Source: Eledone cirrhosa | Taxonomy: Eukaryota | Length of the DNA: 64,000 nt | NCBI GenBank assembly: GCA_964016885.1 | Contig: OZ024742.1 | Coordinates: 3,162,001 to 3,226,000, forward strand | Direction: 5' to 3' | Shown: positions 18,201-35,800 of the stretch, one piece after another | Layout of the letters: each line of letters starts with the position of its first letter | How positions within the stretch are numbered: position 1 is the stretch's first letter | The notes under the pieces: generated by a model | The model's database searches: none | The model's input: only the letters and a program-made list of their open reading frames with translations | What the model was told of the DNA's origin: nothing | Translations under genes and position numbers: made by a program

Positions 18201-21200
18201 AGTATAACACACAACACTATAGTATTAACACACCACACTATAGTATAACACACTACACTATAGTATTAACACACTACACTATAGTATAACACACTTCACT
18301 ATAGTATCAACACACTATAATATAGTATTAACACACTACACTATAGTATTAACACACTACACCATATTATTAACACACTACACTATAGTATTAACATTCT
18401 ACATTATAGTATAACACACTACACTATAGTATTAACACACTACACTATAGTATTAACACACTACCCTATAGTATAACACACTACACTATAGTATTAACAC
18501 ACTACACTATAGTATTAACACACTATACTACAATATTAACACACTACACTATAGTATTAAAACACAGCACTATAGTATTAACACACAACACTATAGTATT
18601 AACACACTACACTATATTATATCGCACTACACTATTGTATTAACACACTACACTATAGAATTAACACACTACACTATAGTATTAACACACTACACTGTAG
18701 TATAACACACTACACTATAATATTAACACACTACATTATAGTATTAACACACTACATTATAGTATTACACACTACACTATAGTATTATCACACTACACTA
18801 TAGTATTAACACACAACACTATAGTAATAACACACTACACTATAGTATAACACACTACGCTTTAGTATTAACACACTAAACTATAGCATTAACACACTAC
18901 ACTATAGGTATTAACACACTACACTATAGTATTAAAACACAGCACTATAGTATTAACACACTACACTATAGTATTAACACACAACACTATATTATTAACA
19001 CACTACACTATAGTATTAACATTCTACATTATAGTATAACACACTACACTATAGTATTAACACACTACACTATAGTATTAACACACAACACTATACTATT
19101 AACACACTACACTATATTATATCACACTACACTATTGTATTAACACACTACACTATAGTATTAACACACTACACTATAGTATTAACCCACTACACTGTGG
19201 TATAACACACTACACTATAATATTATCACACTACGCTTTAGTATTAACATACTAAACTATAGTATTAACACACTACACTATAGGTATTAACATACTACAC
19301 TATAGCATTAAAACACAGCACTATAGTATTAACACACTACACTATAGTATTAACACACAACACTATAATATTAACACACTAAACTATAGTATTAACATTC
19401 TACATTGTAGTATAACACACTACACTATAGTATTAACACACTACACTATAGTATTAACACACTATACTACAGTATTAACACACTTCACTATTTTATTAAC
19501 ACACAACATTATTGTATTAACACTCTATACTACAGTATTAACACACTACACTAAAGTATTAACACACAGCACTATAATATTAACACACTACATTATCGTA
19601 TTACACTCTACACTATAGTATTAACACACTACACTACAGTGTAACACACTACACTATAGTATTAACAAACTACACTATAGATTTAACACAAAACTATAGT
19701 ATGAAAACATTACACTATAGTATTAACACAGCACTATAATATTAACACTCTATACTATAGTATTAACACACTACACTATAGTATTAACACACTACACTTT
19801 AGTCTAAAACACTACACTATAGTATTAACACACTATACTACAGTATTAACACACTACACTATTGTATTAACACACAACACTATAGTATTAACACACTACA
19901 TTATAGTATAACACACTACACTATAGTTTTAACACACTACATTAGAGTATAACACACTACATTATAGTATAACACACTACTATAGTATTAACACACTACC
20001 TTGTTGTATGAACACGCTACACTATTATATTAACACGCTGCACTATTATATTAACACACTACATTATAGTATGAACACACTACACTACAGTATTAACACA
20101 CTACACTATAGTATTAACACACTATACAACCGTATTAACAGACTACACTATAGTATTAACACACAACACTATAGTATTAACACACTACATTATAGTATGA
20201 CACACTACACTATAGTTTTAAAACACTACATTATAGTATTAACACACATCACTATAGTGTTAACACACTTGACCACAGTATAGCACACTACCCTATTGTT
20301 TTACCACACTAAACTATAGTATTAACACAACACTATAGTATAACACAATACAATATAGTATTAACAGACTACACTATTGTATTAACACACATCACTATAG
20401 TATTAACACACTACATTATAGTATAACACACTACACTATAGTATTATCACACTACACTATAGTATAACACACTCCACTATAGTATTAACACACTACACTA
20501 TAGTATTAACACACTATACTATAGTATTAACATAAAATTATAGTATGAACACATTACACTATAGTATTAATACAGCACTATAGTATTAACACACTACAAT
20601 ATAGTATTAACACACTACATTACAGTGTTAACACACTACAATATAGTATTAACACACTATACTACAGTATTAACACACTACACTATTGTATTAACACACA
20701 ACACTATAGTATTAACACACTACACTATAGTATTAACACACAACACTATAGTATTAACACACTACACTATAGTATTAACACACTACACTACAGTATTAAC
20801 ACTGTACACTATAGTATTAACACACTATACTACGGTATTAACACAATAAACTATAGTATTAACACACACCACTATAGTATTAACACATTTCACCACAGTA
20901 TAACACAATACACTATCGTATTTATACACTAAATGATATTATAACACACTACACTATAGTAATAACACACAACACTATAGTATTAACACACCACACTATA
21001 GTATAACACACAACACTATAGTATTAACACACAACACTATAGTATTAACATACCACACTATAGTATAACACACTACACTATAGTATATCACACAACACTA
21101 TAGTATTAACACACCACACTATAGTATAACACACTACACTATAGTATTAACACACTACACTATAGTATAACACACTTCACTATAGTATCAACACACTATA

Positions 21201-24200
21201 ATATAATATTAACACACTACACTATAGTATTAACACACTACACCATATTATTAACACACTACACTATAGTATTAACATTCTACATTATAGTATAACACAC
21301 TACACTATAGTATTAACACACTACACTATAGTATTAACACACTACCCTATAGTATAACACACTACACTATAGTATTAACACACTACACTATAGTATTAAC
21401 ACACTATACTACAGTATTAACACACTACACTATAGTATTAAAACACAGCACTATAGTATTAACACACAACACTATAGTATTAACACACTACACTATATTA
21501 TATCGCACTACACTATTGTATTAACACACTACACTATAGAATTAACACACTACACTATAGTATTAACACACTACACTGTAGTATAACACACTACACTATA
21601 ATATTAACACACTACATTATAGTATTAACACACTACATTATAGTATTACACACTACACTATAGTATTATCACACTACACTATAGTATTAACACACAACAC
21701 TATAGTAATAACACACTACACTATAGTATAACACACTACGCTTTAGTATTAACACACTAAACTATAGCATTAACACACTACACTATAGGTATTAACACAC
21801 TACACTATAGTATTAAAACACAGCACTATAGTATTAACACACTACACTATAGTATTAACACACAACACTATATTATTAACACACTACACTATAGTATTAA
21901 CATTCTACATTATAGTATAACACACTACACTATAGTATTAACACACTATACTATAGTATTAACACACTACACTATAGTATAACACACTACACTATAGTAT
22001 TAACACACTACACTATAGTATTAACACACTATACTACAGTATTAACATACTACACTATAGTATTAACACTCAGCACTATAGTATTAACACACTACATTAT
22101 CGTATTACACTCTACACTATAGTATTAACACTACACTACAGTGTAACACACTACACTATAGTATTAACACACTACACTATAGATTTAACACAAAACTATA
22201 GTATGAAAACATTACACTATAGTATTAACACAGCACTATAATATTAACACTCTATACTATGGTATTAACAAACTACACTATAGTATTAACACACTACACT
22301 ATAGTATTAACACACTACACTATAGTATAACACACTACACTATAGTATAAACACACTACACTATAGTATTAACACACTATACTACAGTATTAACACACTT
22401 CACTATTGTATTAACACACAACATTATTGTATTAACACTCTATACTATAGTATTAACACACTACACTATAGTATTAACACACAACACTATAATATTAACA
22501 CACTACATTATCGTATTACACTCTACACTATAGTATTAACACACTACACTATAGTGTAACACACTACACTATAGTATTAACACACTACACTATAGATTTA
22601 ACACAAAACTATAGTATGAAAACATTACACTATAGTATTACCACAGCACTATAATATTAACACTCTATACTATAGTATTAACACACTACACTATAGTATT
22701 AACACACTACACTATTGTATAACACACTACACTATAGTATTAACACACTCTACTACAGTATTAACACACTACACTATTGTATTAACACACTACACTATTG
22801 TATTAACATTCTACATTGTAGTATAACACACTACACTATAGTATTAACACACTACACTATAGATTTAACATAAAACTATAGTATGAAAACATTACACTAT
22901 AGTATTAACACAGCACTATAATATTAACACTCTATACTATAGTATTAACACACTACACTATAGTATTAACACACTACACTATAGTATTAAAACACAGCAC
23001 TATAGTATTAACACACTACAATTTAGTATTAACACACAAAACTATATTATTAACACTCTACACTATAGTATTAACATTCTACATTGTAGTATTACACACT
23101 ACACTATAGTATTAACACACTACACTATAGTATTAACACACTACACTATAGTATAACACACTACACTATAGTATTAACGCACTACACTATAGTATTAACA
23201 CACTATACTACATTATTAACACACTTCACTATTTTATTAACACACAACATTATTGTATTAACACTCTATACTACAGTATTAACACACTACACTATAGTAT
23301 TAACACACAACACTATAATATTAACACACTACACTACAGTGTAACACACTACACTATAGTATTAACACACTATACTATAGATTTAACACAAAACTATAGT
23401 ATGAAAACATTACACTATAGTATTAACACAGCACTATAATATTAACACTCTATACTATAGTATTAACACACAACACTATAGTATTAACACACTACACTAT
23501 AGTATAACACGCTACACTATAGTATTAACACACTATACTACAGTATTAACACACTACACTATTGTATTAACACACAACACTATAGTATTAACACACTACA
23601 TTATAGTATAACGCACTACACTATAGTTTTAACACACTACATTAGAGTATAACACACTACATTATAGTATAACACACTACTCTAGTATTAACACACTACC
23701 TTGTTGTATGAACACGCTACACTATTATATTAATACGCTGCACTATTATATTAACACACTAAATTATAGTATTAACACACTACACTACAGTATTAACACA
23801 CTACACTATAGTATTAACACACTATACAACCGTATTAACAGACTACACTATAGTATTAACACACAAAACTATAGTATTAACACACTACATTATAGTATGA
23901 CACACTACACTATAGTTTTAAAACAATACATTATAGTATTAACACACATCACTATAGTGTTAACACACTTCACCACAGTATAGCACACTACACTATTGTT
24001 TTACCACACTAAACTATAGTATTAACACAACACTATAGTATAACACAATACAATATAGTATTAACAGACTACACTATAGTATTAACACACTACACTCTAG
24101 TATTAACACACTACACTGCAGTGTTAACACACTACAATATAGTATTAACACACTATACTACAGTATTAACACACTACACTATTGTATTAACACACATCAC

Positions 24201-26823
24201 TATAGTATGAACACACTACATTATAGTATAACACACTACACTAGAGTATTATCACACTACACTATAGTATAACACACTCCACTATAGTATTAACACACTA
24301 CACTATTGTATTAACACACAACACTATAGTATTAACACACTACATTATATTATAACACACTACACTATAGTTTTAACACACTACATTAGAGTATAACACA
24401 TTACATTATAGTATAACACACTACTATTGTATTAACACACTACCTTGTTGTATGTACACGCTACACTATTATATTAACACACTACATTATAGTATTAACA
24501 CACTACACTACAGTATTAACACACTACACTATAGTATTAACACACTATACTACAGTATTAACAGACTACACTATAGTATTAACACACTACATTATAGTAT
24601 AACACACTACACTATAGTTTTAACACACTACATTATAGTATTAACACACATCACTATAGTATTAACACACTTCACCACAGTATAGCACACTACACTATTG
24701 TGTTACCACACTAAACTATAGTATTAACGCAACACTATAGTATAACACAATACAATATAGTATTAACACACTACACTATAGTATTAACACACTACACTAT
24801 AGTATTAACACACTACACTATAGTATTAACACAAAACCATAGTATGAACACATTACACTATAGTATTAATACAGCACTATAGTATTAACACACTACACTA
24901 TAGTATTAACACACTACACTACAGTGTTAACAAACAACAATATAGTATTAACACACTATACTACAGTATTAACACACTACACTATTGTATTAACACACAA
25001 CACTATAGTATTAACACACTACACTATAGTATTAACACACAGCACTATAGTATTAACACACTACACTATATTATTAACACACTATACTACAGTATTAACA
25101 CATTAAACTATAATATTAACACACTACACTATAGTATTAACACACATCACTATAGTATTAACACATTTCACCACAGTATAACACAATACACTATCGTATT
25201 AATACACTAAACTATAGTATAACACACTACACTATAGTAATAACACACAACACTATAGTATTAACACACCACACTATAGTATAACATACCACACTATAGT
25301 ATAACACACTACACTATAGTATTAACACACTACACTATATTATTAACACACTACACTATAGTATTAACACACTACACTATAGTATTAACATACTACACTA
25401 TATTATGAACACACTACACTGTAGTATAACACACTACACTATAATATTAACACACTACGCTTTAGTATTAACACACTAAACTATAGTATTAACACACTAC
25501 ACTATAGGTATTAACACACTACACTATAGTATTAAAACACAGCACTATAGTATTAACACACTACACTATAGTATTAACACACAACACTATATTATTAACA
25601 CACTACACTATAGTATTAACATTCTACATTGTAGTATAACACACTACACTATAGTATTAACACACTACACTATAGTATTAACACACTACACTATAGTATA
25701 ACACACTACACTATAGTATTAACACACTACACTATAGTATTAACACACTATACTACAGTATTAACACACTTCACTATTTTATTAACACACAGCATTATTG
25801 TATTAACACTCTATACTACATTATTAACACACTACACTATAGTATTAACACGCAGCACTATAATATTAACACACTACATTATCGTATTACACTCTACACT
25901 ATAGTATTAACACACTACACTACAGTGTAACACACTACACTATAGTATTAACACACTACACTATAGATTTAACACAAAACTATAGTATGAAAACATTACA
26001 CTATAGTATTAACACAGCACTATAATATTAACACTCTATACTATAGTATTAACACACAACACTATAGTATTAACACACTACACTATAGTATAACACGTTA
26101 CACTATAGTATTAACACAATATACTACAGTATTAAAACACTACACTATTGTATTAACACACAACACTATAGTATTAACACACTACATTATAGTATAACAC
26201 ACTACACTATAGTTTTAACACACTACATTAGAGTATAACACACTACATTATAGTATAACACACTACTATAGTATTAACACATTACCTTGTTGTATGAACA
26301 CGCTACACTATTATATTAACACACTACATTATAGTATTAACACACTACACTACAGTATTAACACACTACACTATAGTATTAACACACTATACTACCGTAT
26401 TAACAGACTACACTATAGTATTAACACACAACACTATAGTATTAACACACTACATTATAGTATGACACACAACACTATAGTTTTAAAACACTACATTATA
26501 GTATTAACACACATCACTATAGTGTTAACACACTTCACCACAGTATAGCACACTACACTATTGAGTTACCACACTAAACTATAGTATTAACACAAAACTA
26601 TAGTATAACACAATACAATATAGTATTAACAGACTACACTATAGTATTAACACACTACACTGCAGTGTTAACACACTACAATATAGTATTAACACACTAT
26701 ACTACAGTATTAACACACTACACTATTGTATTAACACACATCACTATAGTTTTAACACACTACATTATAGTATAACACACTACACTATAGTATTATCACA
26801 CTACACTATAGTATAACACACGC

Positions 26824-29800
26824 CACTATAGTATTAACACACTACACTATAGTATTAACACACTATACTATAGTATTAACATAAAATTATAGTATGAACA
26901 CATTACACTATAGTATTAATATAGCACTATAGTATTAACAGACTACACTATAGTATTAACACACTACATTGCAGTGTTAACACACTACAATATAGTATTA
27001 ACACACTATACTACAGTATTAACACACTACACTATTGTATTAACACACAACACTATAATATTAACACACTACACTATAGTATTAACACACAACACTATAG
27101 TATTAACACACTACACTCTAGTATTAACACACTACACTGCAGTGTTAACACACTACAATATAGTATTAACACACTATACTACAGTATTAACACACTACAC
27201 TATTGTATTAACACACATCACTATAGTTTTAACACACTACATTATAGTATAACACACTACACTATAGTATTATCACACTACACTATAGTATAACACACTC
27301 CACTATAGTATTAACACACTACACTATAGTATTAACACACTATACTATAGTATTAACATAAAATTATAGTATGAACACATTACACTATAGTATTAATACA
27401 GCACTATAGTATTAACACACTACACTATAGTATTAACACACTACGTTACAGTGTTAACACACTACAATATAGTATTAACACACAACACTATAGTATTAAC
27501 ACACTACACTATAGTATTAACACACTACACTACAGTATTAACACTGTACACTATAGTATTAACACACTATACTACAGTATTAACACACTACACTATAGTA
27601 TTAACACACAACACTATAGTATTAACACACTACACTATAGTATTAACACACAACACTATAGTATTAACACACTACACTATAGTATTAACACACTACACTA
27701 CAGTATTAACACTGTACACTATAGTATTAACACACTATACTACAGTATTAACACACTAAACTATAGTATTAACACACACCACTATAGTATTAACACATTT
27801 CACCACAGTATAACACAATACACTATCGTATTTATACACTAAATGATAGTATAACACACTACACTATAGTAATAACACACAACACTATAGTATTAACACA
27901 CCACACTATAGTATAACACACAACACTATAGTATTAACACACAACACTATAGTATTAACATACCACACTATAGTATATCACAATACACTATAGTATAACA
28001 CACAACACTATATTATTAACACACCACACTATAGTATAACACTCTACACTATAGTATTAACACACTACACTATAGTATAACACACTTCACTATAGTATCA
28101 ACACACTATAATATAGTATTAACACACTACACTATAGTATTAACACACTACACTATATTATTAACACACTACACTATAGTATTAACACACAACACTATAG
28201 TATTAACAAACTACACTATATTATATCACACTACACTATTGTATTAACACACTACACTATAGTATTAACACACTACACTATAGTATTAACACACTACACT
28301 GTAGTATAACACACTACACTATAATATTAACACACTACATTATAGTATAAACACACTACATTATAGTATTACACACTACACTAGAGTATTATCACACTAC
28401 ACTATAGTATTAACACACAACACTATAGTAATAACACACTACACTATAGTATAACACACTACGCTTTAGTATTAACACACTAAACTATAGCATTAACACA
28501 CTACACTATAGGTATTAACACACTACACTATAGTATTAAAACACAGCACTATAGTATTAACACACTACACTATAGAATTAACACACAACACTATATTATT
28601 ATCACACTACACTATAGTATTAACATTCTACATTATAGTATAACACACTACCACTATAGTATTAACACACTACACTATAGTATTAACACACTACACTATA
28701 GTATAACACACTACACTATAGTATTAACACACTACACTATAGTATTAACACACTATACTACAGTATTAACACACTACACTATTGTATTAACACACAACAT
28801 TATTGTATTAACACACTATACTACAGTATTAACATACTACACTAAAGTATTAACACACAACACTATAGTATTAACATACTACATTATCGTATTACACTCT
28901 ACACTATAGTATTAACACACTACACTACAGTGTAACACACTACACTATAGTATTAACACACTACACTATAGATTTAACACAAAACTATAGTATGAAAACA
29001 TTACACTATAGTATTAACACAGCCCTATAATATTAACACTCTATACTATGGTATTAACACACTACACTATAGTATTAACACACTACACTATAGTATTAAC
29101 ACACTACACTATAGTATTAACACACTACACTATAGTATAACACACTACACTGTAGTATTAACACACTATACTACAGTATTAACACACTACACTATTGTAT
29201 TAACACACAACACTATAGTATTAACACACTACATTATAGTATAACACACTACACTATAGTTTTAACACACTACATTAGAGTATAACACACTACATTATAG
29301 TATAACACACTACTATTGTATTAACACACTACCTTTTTTAATGAACACGTTACACTATTATATAAACACACTACATTATAGTATTATCACACTACACTAC
29401 AGTATTAACACACTACACTATAGTATTAACACACTATACTACAGTATTAACAGACTACACTATAGTATTAACACACTACATTATAGTATAAAACACTACA
29501 CTATAGTTTTAACACACTACATTATAGTATTAACACACATCACTATAGTATTAACACACTTCACCACAGTATAGCACACTACACTATTGTGTTACCACAC
29601 TAAACTATAGTATTAACACAACACTATAGTATAACACAATACAATATAGTATGAACACATTACACTATAGTATTAATACAGCACTATAGTATTAACACAC
29701 TACACTATAGTATTAACACACTACACTACAGTGTTAACACACTACAATATAGAATTAACACACTATACTACAGTATTAACACACTACACTATTGTATTAA

Positions 29801-32800
29801 CACACAACACTATAGTATTAACACACTACACTATAGTATTAACACACAGCACTATAGTATTAACACACTACACTATATTATTAACACACTATACTACAGT
29901 ATTAACACACTAAACTATAGTATTAACACACACCACTATAGTATTAACACACTACATTATAGTATAACACACTACACTATAGTATTAACACACTACACTA
30001 TAGTATTAACACACATCACTATAGTATTAACACATTTCACCACAGTATAACACAATACACTATCGTATTAATACACTAAACTATAGTATAACGCACTACA
30101 CTATAGTAATAACACACAACACTATAGTATTAACACACCACACTATAGTATAACACACTACACTATAGTATTAACACACTACACTATATTATTAACAAAC
30201 TACACTATAGTATTAACACACTACACTATAGTATTAACACACTACACTATATTATTAACACACTACACTATAGTATTAACACACAACACTATACTATTAA
30301 CACACTACATAATATTATATCACACTACACTATTGTATTAACACACTACACTATAGTATTAACACACTACACTATAGTATTAACCCACTACACTGTAGTA
30401 TAACACACTACACTATAATATTAACACACTACGCTTTAGTATTAACACACTACACTATAGCTATTAACACACTACACTATAGTATTAAAACACAGCACTA
30501 TAGTATTAACACACTATACTATAGTATTAACACACAACACTATATTATTAACACACTACACTATAGTATTAACATTCTACATTGTAGTATAACACACTAC
30601 ACTATAGTATTAACACACTACACTATAGTATTAACACACTACACTATAGTATAACACACTACACTATAGTATTAACACACTACACTATAGTATTAACACA
30701 CTATACTACAGTATTAACACACTTCACTATTGTATTAACACACAACATTATTGTATTAACACTCTATACTACAGTATTAACACACTACACTATAGTATTA
30801 ACACACAGCACTATAATATTAACACACTACATTATCGTATTACACTCTACACTATAGTATTAACACACTACACTACAGTGTAACACACTACACTATAGTA
30901 TTAACACACTACACTATAGATTTAACACAAATCTATAGTATGAAAACATTACACTATAGTATTAACACAGCAATATAATATTAACAGTCTATACTATAGT
31001 ATTAACACACTACACTATAGTATTAACACACTACACTATAGTATAACACGCTACACTATAGTATTAACACACTATACTACAGTATTAACACACTACACTA
31101 TTGTATTAACACACAACACTATAGTATTAACATACTACATTATAGTATAACACACTACACTATAGTTTTAACACACTACATTAGAGTATAACACACTACA
31201 GTATAGTATAACACACTACTATAGTATTAACACACTACCTTGTTGTATGAACACGCTACACTATTATATTAACACACTACATTATAGTATTAACACACTA
31301 CACTACAGTATTAACACACTACACTATAGTATTAACACACTATACTACCGTATTAACAGACTACACTATAGTATTAACACACAACACTATAGTATTAACA
31401 CACTACATTATAGTATGACACACTACACTATAGTTTTAAAACACTACATTATAGTATTAACACACATCACTATAGTGTTAACACACTTCACCACAGTATA
31501 GCACACTACACTATTGTGTTACCACACTAAACTATAGTATTAACACAACACTATAGTATAACACAATACAATATAGTATTAACAGACTACACTATAGTAT
31601 TAACACACTACACTCTAGTATTAACACACTACACTACAGTGTTAACTCACTACAATATAGTATTAACACACTATACTACAGTATTGACACACTACACTAT
31701 TGTATTAACACACATCACTATAGTATTAACACACTACATTATAGTATAACACACTACACTATAGTATTATCACACTACACTATAGTATAACACACTCCAC
31801 TATAGTATTAACACACTACTCTATAGTATTTACACACTATACTATAGCATTAACATTCTACATTACAGTGTTAACATAAAATTATAGTATGAACACATTA
31901 CACTATAGTTTTAATACAGCACTATAGTATTAACACACTACACTATAGTATTAACACACTACACTATAGTATTAACATTCTACATTACAGTGTTAACACA
32001 CTACAATATAGTATTAACACACTATACTACAGTATTAACACACTACACTATTGTATTAACACACAACACTATAGTATTAACACACTACACTATATTATTA
32101 ACACACTACACTACAGTATTAACACTGTACACTATAGTATTAACACACTATACTACAGTATTAACACACTAAACTATAGTATTAACACACACCACTATAG
32201 TATTAACACATTTCACCACAGTATAACACAATACACTATCGTATTTATACACTAAATGATAGTATAACACACTACACTATAGTAATAACATACAACACTA
32301 TAGTATTAACACACCACACTATAGTATAACACACAAAACTATAGTATTAACACACAACACTATAGTATTAACACACCACACTATAGTATAACACACTACA
32401 CTATAGTACAACACACAACACTATAGTATTAACACATCACACTATAGTATAACACACTACACTATAGTATTAACACACTACACTATAGTATAACACACTT
32501 CACTATAGTATCAACACACTATAATATAGTATTAACACACTACACTATAGTATTAACACACTACACTATATTATTAACACACTAGACTATAGTATTAACA
32601 CACTACACTATAGTATTAACACACTCCACTATAGTATTAACACACTACACTGTAGTATAACACACTACACTATAATATTAACACACTACATTATAGTATT
32701 AACACACTACATTATAGTATTACACACTACACTATAGTATTATCAGACTACACTATAGTATTAACACACAACACTATAGTAATAATACACTACACTATAG

Positions 32801-35800
32801 TATAACACACTACGCTTTAGTATTAACACACTAAACTATAGCATTAACACACTACACTATAGGTATTAACACACTACACTATAGTATTAAAACACAGCAC
32901 TATAGTATTAACACACTACACTATACTATTAACACACAACACTATATTATTAACACACTACACTATAGTATTAACATTCTACATTATAGTATAACACACT
33001 ACACTATAGTATTAACACACTACACTATAGTATTAACACACTACACTATAGTATAACACACTACACTATATTATTAACACACTACACTATAGTATTAACA
33101 CACTATACTACAGTATTAACACACTACACTATTGTATTAACACACAACATTATTGTATTAACACACTATACTACAGTATTAACATACTACACTATAGTAT
33201 TAACACACAACACTATAGTATTAACACACTACATTATCGTATTACACTCTACACTATAGTATTAACACACTACACTACAGTGTAACACACTACACTATAA
33301 TATTAACACACTACACTATAGAATTAACACAAAACTATAGTATGAAAACAGTACATTATAGTATTAACACAGCACTATAATATTAACACTCTATACTATG
33401 GTATTAACACACTACACTATAGTATTAACACACTACACTATAGTATAACACACTACACTATAGTATTAACACACTATACTACAGTATTAACACACTACAC
33501 TATTGTATTAACACACAACACTATAGTATTAACACACTACATTATAGTATAACACACTACACTATAGTTTTAACACACTACATTAGAGTATAACACACTA
33601 CATTATAGTATAACACACTACTATAGTATTAACACACTACCTTGTTGTATGAACACGCTACACTATTATATTAACACACTACACTATAGTTTTAACACAC
33701 TACATTATAGTATTAACACACATCACTATAGTATTAACACACTTCACCACAGTATAGCACACTACACTATAGTATTAACACACTACACTATAGTATAACA
33801 CACTACACTCTAGTATTAACACACTACACTATAGTATTAACACACTATACTACAGTATTAATACACTTCACTATTGTATTAACACACAACATTATTGTAT
33901 TAACACTCTATACTACAGTATTAACACACTACACTATAGTATTAACACACAACACTATAATATTAACACACTACATTATCGTATTACACTCTACACTATA
34001 GTATTAACACACTACACTACAGTGTAACACACTACACTATAGTATTAACACACTACACTATAGATCTAACACAAAACTATAGTATGAAAACATTACACTA
34101 TAGTATTAACACAGCACTATAATATTAACACTCTATACTATAGTATTAACACACTACACTATAGTATTAACACACTACACTATAGTATAACACACTACAC
34201 TATAGTATTAACACACTATACTATAGTATTAACACATTACACTATAATATTAACACACTACACTATAGTATTAACACAAAAACACTATAGTATTGACACA
34301 CTACATTATAGTATAACACACTACACTATAGTATTAAGACACTACACTATAGTATAACACACTACATTATAGTATAACACAATACACTATAGTATTAACA
34401 AACATCACTATAGTATTAACACACTTCACCACATTATAACACACTACACTATCGTATTAACACACTACACTATAGTATTAACACACTACATTGTAATATT
34501 AACACACTACACTATAGTATTAACACACTATACTATAGTATAACACACTACACTATAGTATTAACACACTACACTACTGTATTAACACACTACACTATAG
34601 TATTAACACACTATACTACAGTATTAACACACTACACTATAGTATTAACACACTACATTAGAGTATAACACACTACATTATAGTATAACACACTACTATA
34701 GTATTAACACACTACCTTGTTGTATGAACACGCTACACTATTATATTAACACATTACACTATAGTATTAACACACTACACTACAGTATTAACACACTACA
34801 CTATAGTATTAACACACTATACTACAGTATAAACACACTACACTATAGTATTAACACACAACACTATAGTATTAATACACTACATTATAGTATAACACAC
34901 TACACTATAGTTTTAACACACTACACTATAGTATTAACACACATCACTATAGTATTAACACACTTCACCACATTATAGCACACTACACTATTGTATTACC
35001 ACACTAAACTATAGTATTAACACAACACTATAGTATAACACAATACAATATAGTATTAACACACTACACTATAGTATTAACACACAACACTATAGTATTA
35101 ACACACTACACTATAGTATTAAAACACAGCACTATAGTATTAACACACTACACTATAGTATTAACACACAACACTATATTATTAACACACTAAACTATAG
35201 TATTGACATTCTACATTATAGTATAACACACTAGACTATAGTATTAACACACTACACTATAGTATTAACACACTACACTATAGTATAACACACTACACTA
35301 TAGTATTAACACACTACACTATAGTATTAACACACTATACTACAGTATTAACACACTTCACTATTGTATTAACACACAACATTATTGTATTAACACACTA
35401 TACTATAGTATTAACACACTACACTATAGTATTAACACACTACATTATCGTATTGCACTCTACACTATAGTATTAACACACTACACTACAGTGTAACACA
35501 CTACACTATAGTATTAACACACTACACTATAGATTTAACACAAAACTATAGTATGAAAACATTACACTATAGTATTAACACAGCACTATAATATTAACAC
35601 TCTATACTATAGTATTAACACACTACACTATAGTATTAACACACTACACTATAGTATAACACACTACACTATAGTATTAACACACTATACTACAGTATTA
35701 ACACACTACACTATTGTATTAACACACAACACTATAGTATTAACACACTACATTATAGTATAACACACTACACTATAGTTTTAACACACTACATTATAGT

